Position numbers and translations under genes: made by a program. Source: Macrostomum lignano (taxonomy: Eukaryota). Taken from it: 64,000 nt of DNA. The stretch's first letter is position 1. Each line of letters begins with the position of its first letter. The notes beneath the pieces were generated by a model. The model searched no databases and was not told where the DNA came from. It saw nothing but the letters and a program-made list of their open reading frames with translations. The stretch is taken from NCBI GenBank assembly GCA_002269645.1, contig NIVC01003339.1, positions 1 to 64,000 on the forward strand, written 5' to 3'. Of the stretch, positions 38,101 through 50,360 are shown piece by piece.

Positions 38101-41100
38101 ATCTGCTTATCAAGGATCGAGCACTCTGGAGAGGGTATGGCATCTGCTAATCAAGGATTGAGCACTCAGGAGAGGGTATGGCATCTGCTCATGAAGGATT
38201 GAGCACTCAAGAGAGGGTATGACATCTGCTCATCAAGGATTGAGCACTCAGGAGAGGGTATGGCATCTGCTCATCAAGGATCGAGCACTCTGGAGAGGGT
38301 ATGGCATCTGCTCATGAAGGATTGAGCACTCAAGAGAGGGTATGACATCTGCTCATCAAGGATTGAGCACTCAGGAGAGGGTATGGCATCTGCTCATGAA
38401 GGATTGAGCACTCAGGAGAGGGTATGGCATCTGCTCATCAAGGATTGAGCACTCATGAGAGGGTATGGCATCTGCTCATCAAGGATTGAGCACTCATGAG
38501 AGGGTATGGCATCTGCTCATCAAGGATTGAGCACTCAGGAGAGGGTATGGCATCTGCTCATAAAGGATTGAGCACTCAGGAGAGGGTATGGCATCTGCTC
38601 ATCAAGGATTGAGCACTCATGAGAGGGTATAGTATCTCATTTCTAGCTTATATTCTCAAAAAAGTCTTGTAGAAAAAAGCAGCGAAAATCCCTCAGTGTG
38701 CTGTAGTCTCGGACTCATTTAGCTAATTGAGCTTAAGTCACTTCTAATTAACAGCAAAGGTTCGTTTCCTTAGAAACTGCTCTTCCGAACAGTTTTTCAA
38801 TGGCACTACTCAGGCACATTAGCTTTATAAATAAGATTTAGAGTCACTCCAACCCCTAGTTTACTAATTAACATTCTTTGTAAGAGAAAGTCGAGAAGAG
38901 CTAGTTAGGCTTTTCATCACATGGCGGGTCTACACTTTTAGATAACGATATCCATCTAATCTAGAGATACAGATTAGCCAGCATATCATACATCTAAAGA
39001 CATAATCATCACTCTTCTTACCCGAAGTGACCCAAAAATGACTTTTAAATAGACAAATTAAAAAAAAACTTTTTTTTAATTCACTACGGACTAGATTCAC
39101 GTAAAGAACCTGAAATTTATCCAGAGACTTTGACTCCCTATCTAGAGACACTGACTTTCATCTAAAGACACTGACACCCATCTAGAGACACTGACACTCA
39201 TCTAGAGACACTGACTTCCATCTAGAGACACTGACACTCATCTAGAGACACTGACTCCCATCTAGAGACACTGACACTCATCTAGAGACACTGACACTCA
39301 TCTAGAGACACTGACTCCCATTTAGAGACACTGACGCCTATCTAAAGACACTGACTTCCATCTAGAGACACTGACTCCCATCTAGAGACACTGACTCCCA
39401 TCTAGAGACACTGACCGCTATCTAGAGACACTGACTTCCATCTAGAGACACTGACTCCCATCTAGAGACACTGACACTCATCTAGAGACACTGACTTCCA
39501 TCTAGAGACACTGACACTCATCTAGAGACACTGACACTCATCTAGAGACACTGACACTCATCTAGAGACATTGACTCTCAGCTAAAGACACTGACTCCCA
39601 TTTAGAGAAACTGACGCCTATCTAAAGACACTGACTTCCATCTAGAGACACTGACTCCCATCTAGAGACACTGACTTTTATCTATAGACATTGACTTCCA
39701 TCTAGAGACACTGACTCCCATCTAGAGACACTGACACTCATCTAGAGACACTGACTCCCATCTAGAGACACTGACTCCCATCTAGAGACACTGACACTCA
39801 TCTAGAGACACTGACACATCTAGAGACACTGACTCCCATCTAAAGACCCTGACACATCTAGAGACACTGACTCCCATCTAAAGACACTAACTCCCATTTA
39901 GAGACACTGACGCATATCTAAAGACACTGACTCCCATCTAGAGACACTGACTCCCATCTAAAGACACTGACACATCTAGAGACACTGACACATCTAGAGA
40001 CACTGACTCCCATCTAAAGACCCTGACACATCTAGAGGCACTAAAATGTATTTAGATACAATAAAATCTATCTAGATACAGCGATATTCATCTATACAAC
40101 CTCAACTCCATCTGGAGGCAACAGACGTCTATCTAAAGACAACTAGCACTTCAGCTCAGTTCTTGAGACCCTTGCAGTCGTGAGCCATTAGCAACTGCAA
40201 ACGCACCATGGCCATCGATATCAAACGGCACAGCCGCAGGCGGACCACCATCAGCTCCAGAAGAAGCAACCGCCAGGGGGTCGTTCTCAATCTCGTATCG
40301 GCAAACACTGGCCGATCCGTGCTGCTCAGAAGCTGCAACTCGCAACACTTCAGTGCCGATAGGCGAGTTCTGAGCCACGGTGGCGGCGTAGGAGGGATGA
40401 CTGAACTTTGGTGTCTCCCACTCAGTCAGGCGCAGCATCACAGGCACCCGAGCTGACTGGCGCTGCAGTTTAGGCCCATTGCAATCGAATGCCGAGATGT
40501 CGAAGTCGAAATACACGCCGGTTGGACTCGAAGTTTCATTGGCATCAACTTTGTCTAGAAAATTAGAAATGTATATTTTTTCATTGGGGATTGTTTATCT
40601 AGTGATTAGGATTAAGCATTGAGAAAGGCTTGTCTAAAAATAGTCCCCCCCCCAGTGACGTGAACCAGCTGCTCTATCTCTTAAAGTACATATAATAATA
40701 ACAGCTGTTTAGTCCAAGGACTGGGGGCTCGCCACACACAGCCTCAATTACCCCAGCTAATGCTGGCACCCATTTTACAGCTGGGTGAACTGAAGCAATG
40801 CGGAGTTGAGTGTCTTGCTCAAGGACACAAATTGTTTCGAGTGGGATCGTCGGGAATCGAACCCTCGACCTTCAAGTCGTGAGTCGACGCTTTACAACCT
40901 CCTAATGTAACATTTTCTCTCAAGTATACAGCAAGCCTTGAAGTACACAAAGCGAACTTATTATTGAGAAGAATTTACCTTTGCCATCGTACACAGACAG
41001 ATCCACGCCATCCTTAGCAAACAGACGCCCAGTGCCAAGCACCGGATTGCTCAAATGGATTTCCACAGGCGGTGCAACGCTATCTCGCTGGTGCAACTTG

Positions 41101-41314
41101 AAGCCACAGATAAAATCAGTTGAGCTGTGACCATGGTCTTGATGATGGAACACAGCTCGAATAGGCGGATCAATCACAACTCGGCCAGTGTTCCAATACA
41201 GAGCGGCCTTGTAGCTGGCTACAGGATCACCGTTGGGTGCTTGCAGTTGAATTTTGTTACCCAACGATGCACCAATGATGGTCAAAATGCAGCACAGTCC
41301 CAGCGCTGTGCGAC
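17112..41314 (-). CDS. CLSTN: Calsyntenin. Exons: 41314-40979, 40554-40207, 37481-37272, 28686-28486, 27741-27131, 26325-25934, 24735-24216, 20430-19912, 17192-17112; ATG exon not located
   Basis: Signal-peptide tail, two cadherin repeats (VIDPPI...ICGFK; SAFDC; VTASDC), LamG domain (FTLHFWLRHG, HHYSVFLHNCKL, VCDSEWHHYAV), TM helix, conserved EMEWDNSALNITVNP. All junctions are GT-AG with compatible phases. Confidence 0.92.
17440..19860. repeat. 9-bp minisatellite (GTRTCTGAA)n, ~270 units, in the last calsyntenin intron
   Basis: Direct reading. Confidence 0.98.
20870..21922. repeat. ~21-bp minisatellite (aacctaacagacaggggcgcc), ~48 units
   Basis: Direct reading; includes tatatataac variants. 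Confidence 0.96.
22310..22860. repeat. 22-bp pyrimidine-rich minisatellite (ctaccctttctgcctcctctat)
   Basis: Direct reading. Confidence 0.93.
23420..24182. repeat. 29-bp minisatellite (aaagaaactgattctccctaatggggatt), ~26 units
   Basis: Head-to-tail units, no spacers. Confidence 0.96.
24850..25595. repeat. 41-bp minisatellite (gggtccttcagtgtgggactgtaccccttctagggtccttt), ~18 units
   Basis: Direct reading. Confidence 0.95.
25609..25900 (+). mobile_element. SINE family A (CORE-like)
   Basis: B box GGTTCGATTCC, then cccttgagcaagacactcaactctgcattgcttcagttcacccagctgtaaaatggg. Confidence 0.88.
26410..27070. repeat. Degenerate ~24-bp minisatellite (cacaatctgccactttacctaccc)
   Basis: Recurring acaatctgcc core. 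Confidence 0.88.
27798..28452. repeat. 32-bp homogeneous minisatellite (gagtgccaccccagatagttRaaacttcagtg), ~20 units
   Basis: Head-to-tail, almost invariant, no spacers. Confidence 0.97.
28757..29790 (+). mobile_element. Solo LTR (Gypsy-like)
   Basis: TGTAGTG...TTCA termini flanked by 4-bp AGTA on both sides; duplicated enhancer block; TATAAA at 29319. Confidence 0.72.
29121..29324 (+). promoter_or_regulatory. LTR enhancer/promoter: AP-1 x2, MEF2 x3, CRE x2, TATA
   Basis: TGACTCA 29122, TGAGTCA 29148, CTAAAAATAG 29134/29199/29271, TGACGTCA 29188/29260, TATAAA 29319. Confidence 0.6.
29851..30214 (+). mobile_element. SINE family B, full length
   Basis: Homologous to 11494-11857; B box GGCTCGATTCC. 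Confidence 0.88.
31178..31449 (-). mobile_element. SINE family B, 5'-truncated
   Basis: Matches the family B body; starts at the B box. Confidence 0.85.
32555..32875. repeat. 46-bp tandem repeat, ~7 units
   Basis: aaaagtcactgatttgtcacactgaataggttaagtttggacgtta repeated. Confidence 0.95.
33380..35050. repeat. 16-bp purine-rich minisatellite (ggtgagattgagggaa), ~100 units
   Basis: Direct reading. Confidence 0.96.
35700..36895. repeat. 24-bp minisatellite (cgaataaacaccctggaaccctct), ~50 units
   Basis: Direct reading. Confidence 0.97.
37500..38635. repeat. 41-bp minisatellite (ttgagcactcaggagagggtatggcatctgctcatcaagga), ~27 units
   Basis: Direct reading; begins ~20 bp from a calsyntenin splice acceptor. 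Confidence 0.97.
39130..40040. repeat. 20-bp minisatellite (catctagagacactgactcc), ~45 units
   Basis: Direct reading. Confidence 0.96.
40700..40895 (-). mobile_element. SINE family A, partial
   Basis: Matches the 3305-3590 body and B box. Confidence 0.85.
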
Positions 41315-41655
41315 CTGTTTCGTATTACAGATGGCAAGAGGTTAGTTGGGAATTGGTCAATGGAAATTATTTTTTACTATTTAATCATGGCAACCAGTAT
41401 TATAAATGAAGTTATGTTTTCTTTTTCTTTTTTATGAAGAATTCAAAGAAAAAACCTTTATTATTTAAGTCCACTATTTACAAGAAAGGGTACAAAGAAT
41501 AGAGACCTATCTTCTTTACCACAATAATGCAAGGCTATTCATTATATCAGTGACTATGCAATCATTTAATTTCAGGATAGCTTCAAGGATAAATCTATAA
41601 TAGCAAAATCGAAAGAATTTATTTGTACTAGATTCTAAGCAAGAGTATATGTATA

Positions 41656-41700
<45 letters not shown>

Positions 41701-42710
41701 CAAAATGGTAGCCTAATCAAAAAAATGCATAGTTTAATATACAATATAAAGTAATAAGACTTTGTTTAGCAGATCTGCTAATAGGGGCTATGTTATAAAT
41801 AATATAGATCTATATTACTTTTTTATTGCTTTATATTGCTTATAAATATATTTTATAGAGATGGACCAGATTTTAATATGAGGCCTATCAAATCCAATGA
41901 CAATATGTAGTTTTATAGCTTGACACTGACATTTAAAAGTATTATTCATCTTTTTAAACTGCTAGTAGGCCTCTATATTTTTTGTTAGCTTCTCTTAATT
42001 TATTTTATATTTATAATATATATACTAATATAATATACAATACTTAGTCTAGGCCTAGCCTATAAACAAAAATAAAGGTAGCTGTTATTATTATGGTTAT
42101 GGTATCCAAACAATGAGTAAAACAGTTCTTTTTATAGTCAACACAAAATCAAATACTGTCTAAATTAAGTAATAAACTTGCAATGCAAACAATAAGATAC
42201 TTTATAAACTCAAAAAATAAATAATCATGCTATTAGTATATTGATACAATAGTAATTTCTAGTGGTTCTTGCCATTAACATTTAGCTTACTTATTGTAAC
42301 TATTAATGTAAATGAAATTTCTTTCTATGACAATACAAATACACCTTCTACTTCTTAATGTATTAGACAATGACAAAGAAAACAATTATTGTACTATTTA
42401 CGAATATATAGTTACATTAGGTTAAAACCTTAAGCCCAAGTATAAGCATATTTGTTTTATGTATTGACCATAAAAATAACTATTTTACTATTTATATGAT
42501 CATTTTAACAGTAACAAGTGACAAAAATAAATATTAAATCCTTACTGTTCTCTTTATAGCATCTAATCTACTTGAATATTAAAATTTGACAAATACTTAC
42601 AAACCAAATGTGTATGTCAACTCTTTGAAAATTTTCTAAGTCAATATTGTACTAAAAACTATAGTGCAATATCAGTGTTAAGGTTAAAAAACTTTTGGTT
42701 CAAAGTAGGC

Positions 42711-42858
42711 GCATAGCCAAAGGGGGACACTAGGGATATGTCCCCCCTCTGAGAGAGGAAATTTTTATTGCCTTTGTATTTTGTCTCTGTTGCTAACATT
42801 GGAGATAGTTTGAGGTCATCTATCCCTATCCTTGACATGAATCCTAGCTATGTGATTA
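42711..42858. mobile_element. Small decayed MITE-like element
   Basis: Imperfect terminal inverted repeats (taggcgcatagcc / ctagctatgtgatta) with G- and C-runs inside; no TSD verified. Confidence 0.4.
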
Positions 42859-44520
42859 GTTCTAAGGAAAATAACTTGTAGCACTTGTTTTGGTACTGGT
42901 ACTTTAAAAAATAACTTTTGAAACTTTTATTATTTGTCTTTATTAATTTTAAAGATTTGCCAATTAAAAAGTTGCCTAAACTTTTCTTTGTAAAAAAGCA
43001 AAAAGCATGTGTTGGTCTAGAGTTAAATATGTAGTCTTCAAAAATAGCTAAATAAATACTAGGCCCATATATAATATTAGTATTGTATCCATATTGAGGT
43101 AAATTATTAAAAAATAGAAAATAAGAATTACCAGTATATTAGGACACTAGACTTGTGATTTGCCAAAAAAATTTGGAGGCCAATTTTCAAATGTTGATTC
43201 TGCCTCTTTAGAAGTATATATGGAAACAATTTTATGCCAATAGGTATGTCACAATGAGTAGAATACTTTAGCTGACTTTTAGTTTGTGTTGGGTCATTCT
43301 TTTTGCTCTATTAGTATTGCAACTATGATTTTATCTCCTATTCTACTAATCCAAAATGACCTTATTTTGCACAGATTTATGGCAACAACTCTTTTCTTCA
43401 TATTAGGTTTAACATTATTAAAAACACACAAAAGACAAAAAAATTATAAACTAAAATGTAGCAAGGGCTCAACTATAAACTTATAGCAATTCAACACATT
43501 AACAAAATATTGAAAAAGTAGCTGATAAATGGGTAACTAGCTGCAGTGAATGCTGCAAAATGACTATAGTAAATGATTGCTAAGACCCATGAGCTGATGA
43601 AAGTTGAGCACGAATCTCAGCTTGATTGTACTGAGTACCAAGTACCAAGTTCTAAGTCCCAATCAATGTACACAATTAGCATACAAAAAGATGAAGTTTA
43701 AGTTTAGCACAATCTCTATGCACATGTTAAAGTAGCTACATTAAGATCAAAAAGAATAGTTTGCCCTTCTAAAAATTAATGAAAAATTATAGTTGAAAGA
43801 AGCAAAAGTAAAGAAAAGTTAAAAAATACATTCTTTACAAAAAACTAATTCATTTTTCCATAGTCAAGAAGGTGGCCTTTGCCATGGAAAATTCCGAGGC
43901 ACACAAGGGGTCCTTGGCATACAATCATGGCACACACTGAGGTCCCTGGCATATGTGGCGCACAAAGCATAGCACATACTGAGGTCCCTAGCACATGCAG
44001 TGCATAAGGTCCCTGACATATGCAGTGCTGTACACAACTTTGGTGCATAAGGAATCAGAATAGAATCTTTATTAGCATAAAACTGGCATAGCATATTGAG
44101 TCTACATGAATTCTAAGAATTTTGTAAATTTGTTATAAAATAAGTAATAAGTAATAATAAAGTAATAATTACATATAATACATAAAATATTTAAAATAAG
44201 GACACAGACATGGCACATAGACAGCACATAGATGGTGCACAAATTGTGCATAGACAGCACATAGATTGTCCCAAAAAAATTATTCCAGCACATACTGTGC
44301 CACCTTCCTGACTGTAATAGTTTTTGTTAATCATTTCTATAATGTCTTGAAATATTATTCATAATTTTTAATTTTAGTTTTGGCATATTTTCATGTGCAA
44401 TGAAATTCTACTGGCATACATAGGCATACATGAGCTAGCAAAGCAATTTTCATTCTAGTGGATAGGCCTACTATAATATATGGCAAAATTGGGTAGGGTT
44501 GCTTGCTTAACAACAATCAA

Positions 44521-45120
44521 GTAGAGAAAACTCAAAATCAACATTTTAGTTTTGCCAATGCATTTTGACTACAATTGGTCATCTTTAAAGCAGACGCATC
44601 AATTAATCACACAAAACCAAGTTAATATATTTTATTCAAGAAATGAAGACTATACAATGCCATGTGCAAATCAATTTTAGTCCAGTCTAGTCCAGTCCAA
44701 TCTAGACCTAAATGATAACTTCTCATGTGCAACTCCTGATGCAATATGAACTGTTGTGATATGTTTAAAGTTATCAATTCCTATAACAAAGAAAACAAAT
44801 TGAGCATTCTTGAGACAATGTACATAAAGGCTCAGAAACCAAATTTGAACAGCCAGTTAGCCATGGGGTGCAAGCTGCCAACTCAATATGTTTTAGCTAC
44901 GTTGGCAGACTTGTTAACTTTGTTTAGGTTTTCTTTCTCTTGCTAACTGGACTGGACTGAAATTGATTTGCATATGGCATTATATAGTCTTCATTTCTTG
45001 AATAAAATATATAACTTGGTTTTGCGTGATTAATTGACACGTCTGCCCTAAAGATGACCGATTGTGGTCAAAATGCATTGGCAAAACTAAAATGCTGATT
45101 TTGAGTTGAGTTTTCTTTAC
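44521..45120 (+). mobile_element. Penelope-like retroelement 3' remnant with inverted pseudo-LTR
   Basis: FKVINSYNKENKLSILETMYIKAQKPNLNSQ matches the C-terminus of Penelope GIY-YIG endonucleases; ~175-bp inverted arms 44521-44698 and 44947-45120. Confidence 0.78.
45044..45083 (+). ncRNA. Degenerate minimal type I hammerhead ribozyme (inactive); inverted copy at ~44553-44592
   Basis: tgcc-CTAAAGA-t-gacc[gattgt]ggtc-AAAA-tgca-tt-ggca: stems I and II pair; reverting C>T/G>A changes gives CTGAAGA, GAAA and palindromic cgcg. Confidence 0.65.
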
Positions 45121-47029
45121 ATATGGCAAAATGGTAAATGGTAAAACATATATGCGGACATTCAATGGAAGATAATATAGGTCTATCTAAAAAATATTGC
45201 TTACATGCTTTACATCATTGAATAAATGAGTAAAAAAACAACAATAAAGCATTTTAAAAATCTAAGTTGACCAATTTGCAATTTCTTATATCTATTTTCA
45301 TTAATAAAAACTTAATTCTAGGACTTATAGACCTTAGAGAATGCTAATTTTTCACTACTTACAAAAATCGAAAGTATTCTCCTATTATGTGCTCTACTTT
45401 TTATTTTATTCAAAATGATGGATTTTAAGGAAATTTAAAGGAAAACAACAAGCTTGTGAAAATTCATACTAATTAAAAGTACAAAGTATGCCAAAAAAAA
45501 TCTCTCTAAAATTAAAAACATCGCCAATTCTTTGTTGCAAAATAATCTTTAAGGTGTTTTCTTTCATATAAAAATCAACTTGTATTAGTATTTTTCTAGA
45601 CTGGGCCTATAACTGTTTAACATAACAATAACAATACACAGGTACGAACAAAAAAGCATATAACAACTGAAATGCAAAAATAATTACCTATTGGGTTAAA
45701 AGCGCCCATGGAAACCACGAACAGAACTTATTAACGATGACACCACAAGTTATTTAAGGACACACAATGAATTTTCCGATACAATCTAAAAAAAGATTTT
45801 GATTACAAAAGTTAAACCTGTGATGAAAACATAAATATTTTACGTATTATTTGTAGTTATAAGAAAATATTTTATTCGTTTTTTGATTTCAGCTAATTGA
45901 TGCACAACATAATAAACAATAAAATGTTTGATTAAAAAAGTTTGTTTTGTTATAACGGTTACAAACAAAATGGCTGACCGTGTTTTTTAAGCACAGTAAA
46001 TTATTGAATTTGCGTTGCTCTCAAAACAGTCATCTTATCCAATCTTGTCTTGTAGTGGCTCGACGTTGATTAATTCACCTCTATAAAAGCAACAGTTAGC
46101 CTTTTTTAGCAAGAAATGCCGTGTTTAAGTTTTATTTCTGGTCCTTGTCCGCTGTCAATGCAGAGGCTATTGTTTTTTAGTGACATTAACTGGCTTCTAT
46201 TTTTGTTCCTTTTTTACAGGCATCTTTATTTTTAATTTCTCTTACAGAATAAAGCATCAAAATATTTAGCTCCTAGCATTGCATTGCTTTTAATATTTAT
46301 TGCCTTCATTATTATTTACTAGGCAGCACTGTCAATAAAAGCAAGGTAGCAAAAAATAGTTTTTTGCCTAGGCCTAATTTAAAATGTCAATTCATTATCA
46401 TAGGCCTAGGCTTATCAAAAGCATATCCCCTATGTCAGGATTCTATACTGGTGTGCACCTAAATCAAATTTGCTTCCTTACCTCCTAATATATGTATGGC
46501 AATAGACTTGTATTTGAAAATTTAAATTTTGTACAAAATGCTTACTTAAGCCAAGTTAAGGCATTTTATGTTATATTCCTGACCTAAGGTAGTAAGGATG
46601 CTGTTTTTAGGGAAAAACTCTTCCATGCTAAAAGGTCCCAAGCAATGTACTACTGCATATATGGCATGTATCAAGGAGTTGGCAAAGTTTTTTGGCATGC
46701 TTTGTGCAATAGCACAATATAAGAAAACGTAAAAATGCATGACACTAAGACTGCCACACTCTGGATCATGTAGATGTAGTGTATGCCCAAAAATTTGGGC
46801 ATGCATTGGCCTTGCATCCCAAAAGTAGGCTTGCACTGTTGGCATGTATCACTCCTAAGAAAATACACCTAGTGTACACTTTATACAATCACATAGAAGA
46901 GTTATCATGAAACAGGAAAAATGAAAAAAGTTTATTTTTAAGCATTATTTTCTCACTTTCTGGGTTTTTAAGCTTGTTATAAGGCATTTAAACATTTTTT
47001 GGCTTGTATCAATCATGCTTAAGCATAAC

Positions 47030-47175
47030 CTAGGGATTTACCTGGCTGTTTCTATTGGCAACACACATATATAAGTCATTATTGAATGGAATAGTAGTCA
47101 CGTGACTGCTCTTAGCCAATAGCAACTTACATATGTATGTTGCTAATAGAAATAGCCAAGTGATGCCTAAGGTTG
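47030..47175. mobile_element. Palindromic MITE-like hairpin
   Basis: 30-bp arms 47041-47070 and 47131-47160 with 4 mismatches; central gtcacgtgac palindrome. Confidence 0.6.
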
Positions 47176-50063
47176 CATATGTATGGTATCAATTTTTTAC
47201 AATAAATAATATTGCCAAAAAAGTAGAAAAAATAACCAAATTATCTGTCTAAAAGGTCTATGTGCAATAAAAGGGTCATTTATTGTTGCAACACTAGCAG
47301 TTTTAAGAATGGGCATGCATTTAATTTTTTGGTGTACATTTTTTTAACTATCATTTTTTGTTTGGGCATGTGCCTAGCATGATCTAGACTATAGATAAAT
47401 TGCATAGTCAAAGCTACACAATACAATAGCTATGCCATATTAAAATGTTAGATATTAAATATGATAAATTGGTATATAATTTTGACTTCTTGATTCTTTT
47501 ACTGGATTAAAAAATCAAGTCTATATTTGTTTGTTTTTTATTTTAATAAAACATTTCTTTACATTTATAATTGTTTTTAACTTTTTCTTGATTTCAGATG
47601 ATTAGCTATATACAACCGTGAAAGTGAAAAACAACACACATTTTATTAAAGCCACAAGGCGATTCAAGCTTATAAATATAAAGTATGAAAATTATGGATA
47701 TATATGCTCGTAGTTTAGATCCCCTTATCCTCATCATCTAGCACATGCAACTCCCCAGAGAGGTAGTCCCAATACAAGTTCAAGACTTCCTCCTTTTCTG
47801 GAAAGTCATTGAACAGAACAGCAAAGTGCTGGTTAAATACATAGTGGTCTAGGCTAGTCATTCTGATGCAACTCAGCACTATGCCTTCCTCCCAGCTTTT
47901 GCAATTAAGGTAGGCAAATAGCATTTCTATTCGCTACCCAACCAAATCTGGGAGGTTGGCAAGTGATAGTGCAGCTTCATTGTGTACATTGTCCTGGTTT
48001 GGGCCAATATTCACAGCTGCATTGGCAGCCTGACCACATCCATGGCGCCTTTGTCCGCCGCACCCTTCCCGGGCATGTCCTTGTCCACCATGGCCTCTGG
48101 CTCTGGGGGTGGCACTACTGCCACTATGGGCAGTTTGTTGGGTAGCATCACAGACAGCAGGCTCTAGGTACTCAGCAATGGTGGAACAAATACGCTGAGA
48201 TAGTTTAGCCACATCCAAAATGGCTGCTGGCTGATTGGCAGAGGCTGTGGCAGCGGGCTTAGTACAAAAAATGCCCAGTAGGTTGCGCAGCTGTTGGTGC
48301 AATTGCATGGCAATACACTTCATGCCAGCCTCTGACAGCAGCAGCTTGGCATGATCTTTGGGCAGGCTGGACTCTGGATTGAAAGGGATTTAAATGGGAA
48401 ATTAAGAGGCAATGCTATAATTTTTTTAATATTTTCATTAAAAACAATGTATTAATTCTCTATTTCTCAACAAAGAATAAATTTAGGCTTACTGTTGATG
48501 AGCTTTTGAAGCTGCGGCTAGGCAACAACTGCCTTGTTCTGCTTTGCAGGGGGCCAGTGTAGCAAGAGCCTTGTCCATCTGCGCGGTTGATGAGCAAAGT
48601 CCACAGAATCCAACACTAGCAATTTTGTCGCGCAGGTTGGCTTCCAATGCAGCCTCCTTGCACCACTTTTCCGCAACTCTTGCATGCATTATTTCCTGCT
48701 ATTGCATACAAACCGCAGCTGCATTGTCTTTCCATCGCCACTCCATAACTGAGGCATTCTGGCACGCATGCAAAATCATGGTATTGCACTGTTCTCACAT
48801 TTTTTCCGCCATCCACTCTGATGTGCCATTCTGGTCAAAGAGGACAATAGCTTTGCAAGCAATGGGGCGCATGTTAGGTTAGTCTCTTACGAGATGGTCC
48901 AGCATGGCAAACAAGCGCTCCCCAGGAGTCCTTGGGCGCAGAGTGGGCACGGTTGGCAACCTCGTCTGGCAGTTCACGCAGCACAACTAATTACCTGCAG
49001 GGCCTGACCAACCAGCTTGTTGTCTAGCTTGTTGTCGGCGTCAGCAGTCAGAGAGGCCCATACCTTGGCGACATTGCTGTCACAGAGAATGGCCTCGCAC
49101 AGCTCCAGGAAGGGGCCCTCCAAGTCACCAAAAAAGTTAAGCGCATCTGAAGAGGCCAGGCTATGCATCCATGCCACGACCTGCTTGTATCGCTCATTCA
49201 TATCAATGATTGTGACATATTTGCAGCGTAGCAGCACCCACAGAGGTCTGATCAACAAGATGTCAATCAGGCCGAGGGCTCGGCAGCCACAGATCAGCAA
49301 CGGAGAAGCCAGATCGGCATGCATGGCGAATATGAGTCGATTGCTGTCTGGTTACTCAGAGAGTAAGTCAAGTAAAACATTCTGTTGCCAGAGAATAGTG
49401 CCGCCATTGGAAAGAGTGACCTGTGCTCGGTTGCCACAGAATCCTTCTATCTGAAGTCTTTCTCCCCAAGCATCTAGGTAGCTTGCCAGTGGACCACCGA
49501 TACCACACTGCTTGTTGCCATTGATGTGGAATGCCTTGCGTGCGGTGCGGATGAGGCGCAGCATTCCTGACTCAAGCTTTGATGGCCAAAAGCCAGATAG
49601 TGCAGCAGCCCCAATGGGTTCTACCAACGGAACCTTGATCAAAATCATGGTAATTGAAAACAAACAAGTATATAATTTTACTAATTTCCCCAATTTTTTA
49701 AAAATCTTACAGTTACACCTTACATCTTAAATTTTTGTTAAAGGAAGCCCCAACCCACAAAAATACCTGGTACTCGGTGTAGTGGCAGCTTTGCTTGCTT
49801 GTTGTGTCAGTCATCATAGTCATCGGTTGATGGTCACTGACGGCTACAATAAGACATTCTGCTATACATAACTTTGCCAGGCTGTTGCCAATGCTGTAGC
49901 ACAGGCTAATCGTGAGGGAGGCAGATGGAAGGCAGAGGCAATTGGCGTCTAGACCAACAAGGTCAGTCAGCATGCATCTGATGGCACTGCTGACCCTTTT
50001 GATTAGCACCTGACAGTCGAGGACCAGACATATGCAGGTCGCAATGACGTCGTTGGTGAACTG

Positions 50064-50360
50064 CATACATGCGCAACCTCCAAAATTCGGTCGGCCGTGC
50101 GACTTAGTTTTAACAAAAATGCGACAGTTTTTGGCCAGAAATGCGACTTACATGTAAAAAAAACCCTAAAGCAAAATTAACGCAACTTTGGGTAAACGGC
50201 AGGAGTAACTATGACTGTCTTATTAACCCAAAATGCCTCGTCAGCTACTTAGTACTACTACTTAGGTATTTTTTCGGGTGGGCATTTTTGCGACTTCCTT
50301 GGTTGGTCACCAAATCAGTCGGCCGGATCGGCCGACTCGGCCGACTGTTGCGCATGTATG
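50064..50360 (+). mobile_element. 297-bp MITE (14-bp TIR CATACATGCGCAAC, 8-bp TSD GTGAACTG) carrying a 28S rRNA fragment
   Basis: Perfect TIRs; identical TSD at 50056-50063 and 50361-50368; excision restores the transposase frame. Confidence 0.93.
50190..50253 (+). rRNA. 64-nt 28S rRNA-like fragment (H69-H71 region); not a gene
   Basis: 53/64 gapless identity to the conserved eukaryotic 28S GGGTAAACGGCGGGAGTAACTATGACTCTCTTAAGGTAGCCAAATGCCTCGTCATCTAATTAGT (recalled from memory). Confidence 0.85.

Noticed and set aside
43150-43700. SWIM/MULE transposase remnant
   Set aside because: Coding-like fragments, but too many stops and no complete motif.
50190-50253. Functional 28S rRNA gene or R2 insertion
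   Set aside because: Only ~64 nt, enclosed in a TIR/TSD element, with no further rDNA and no R2 ORF.
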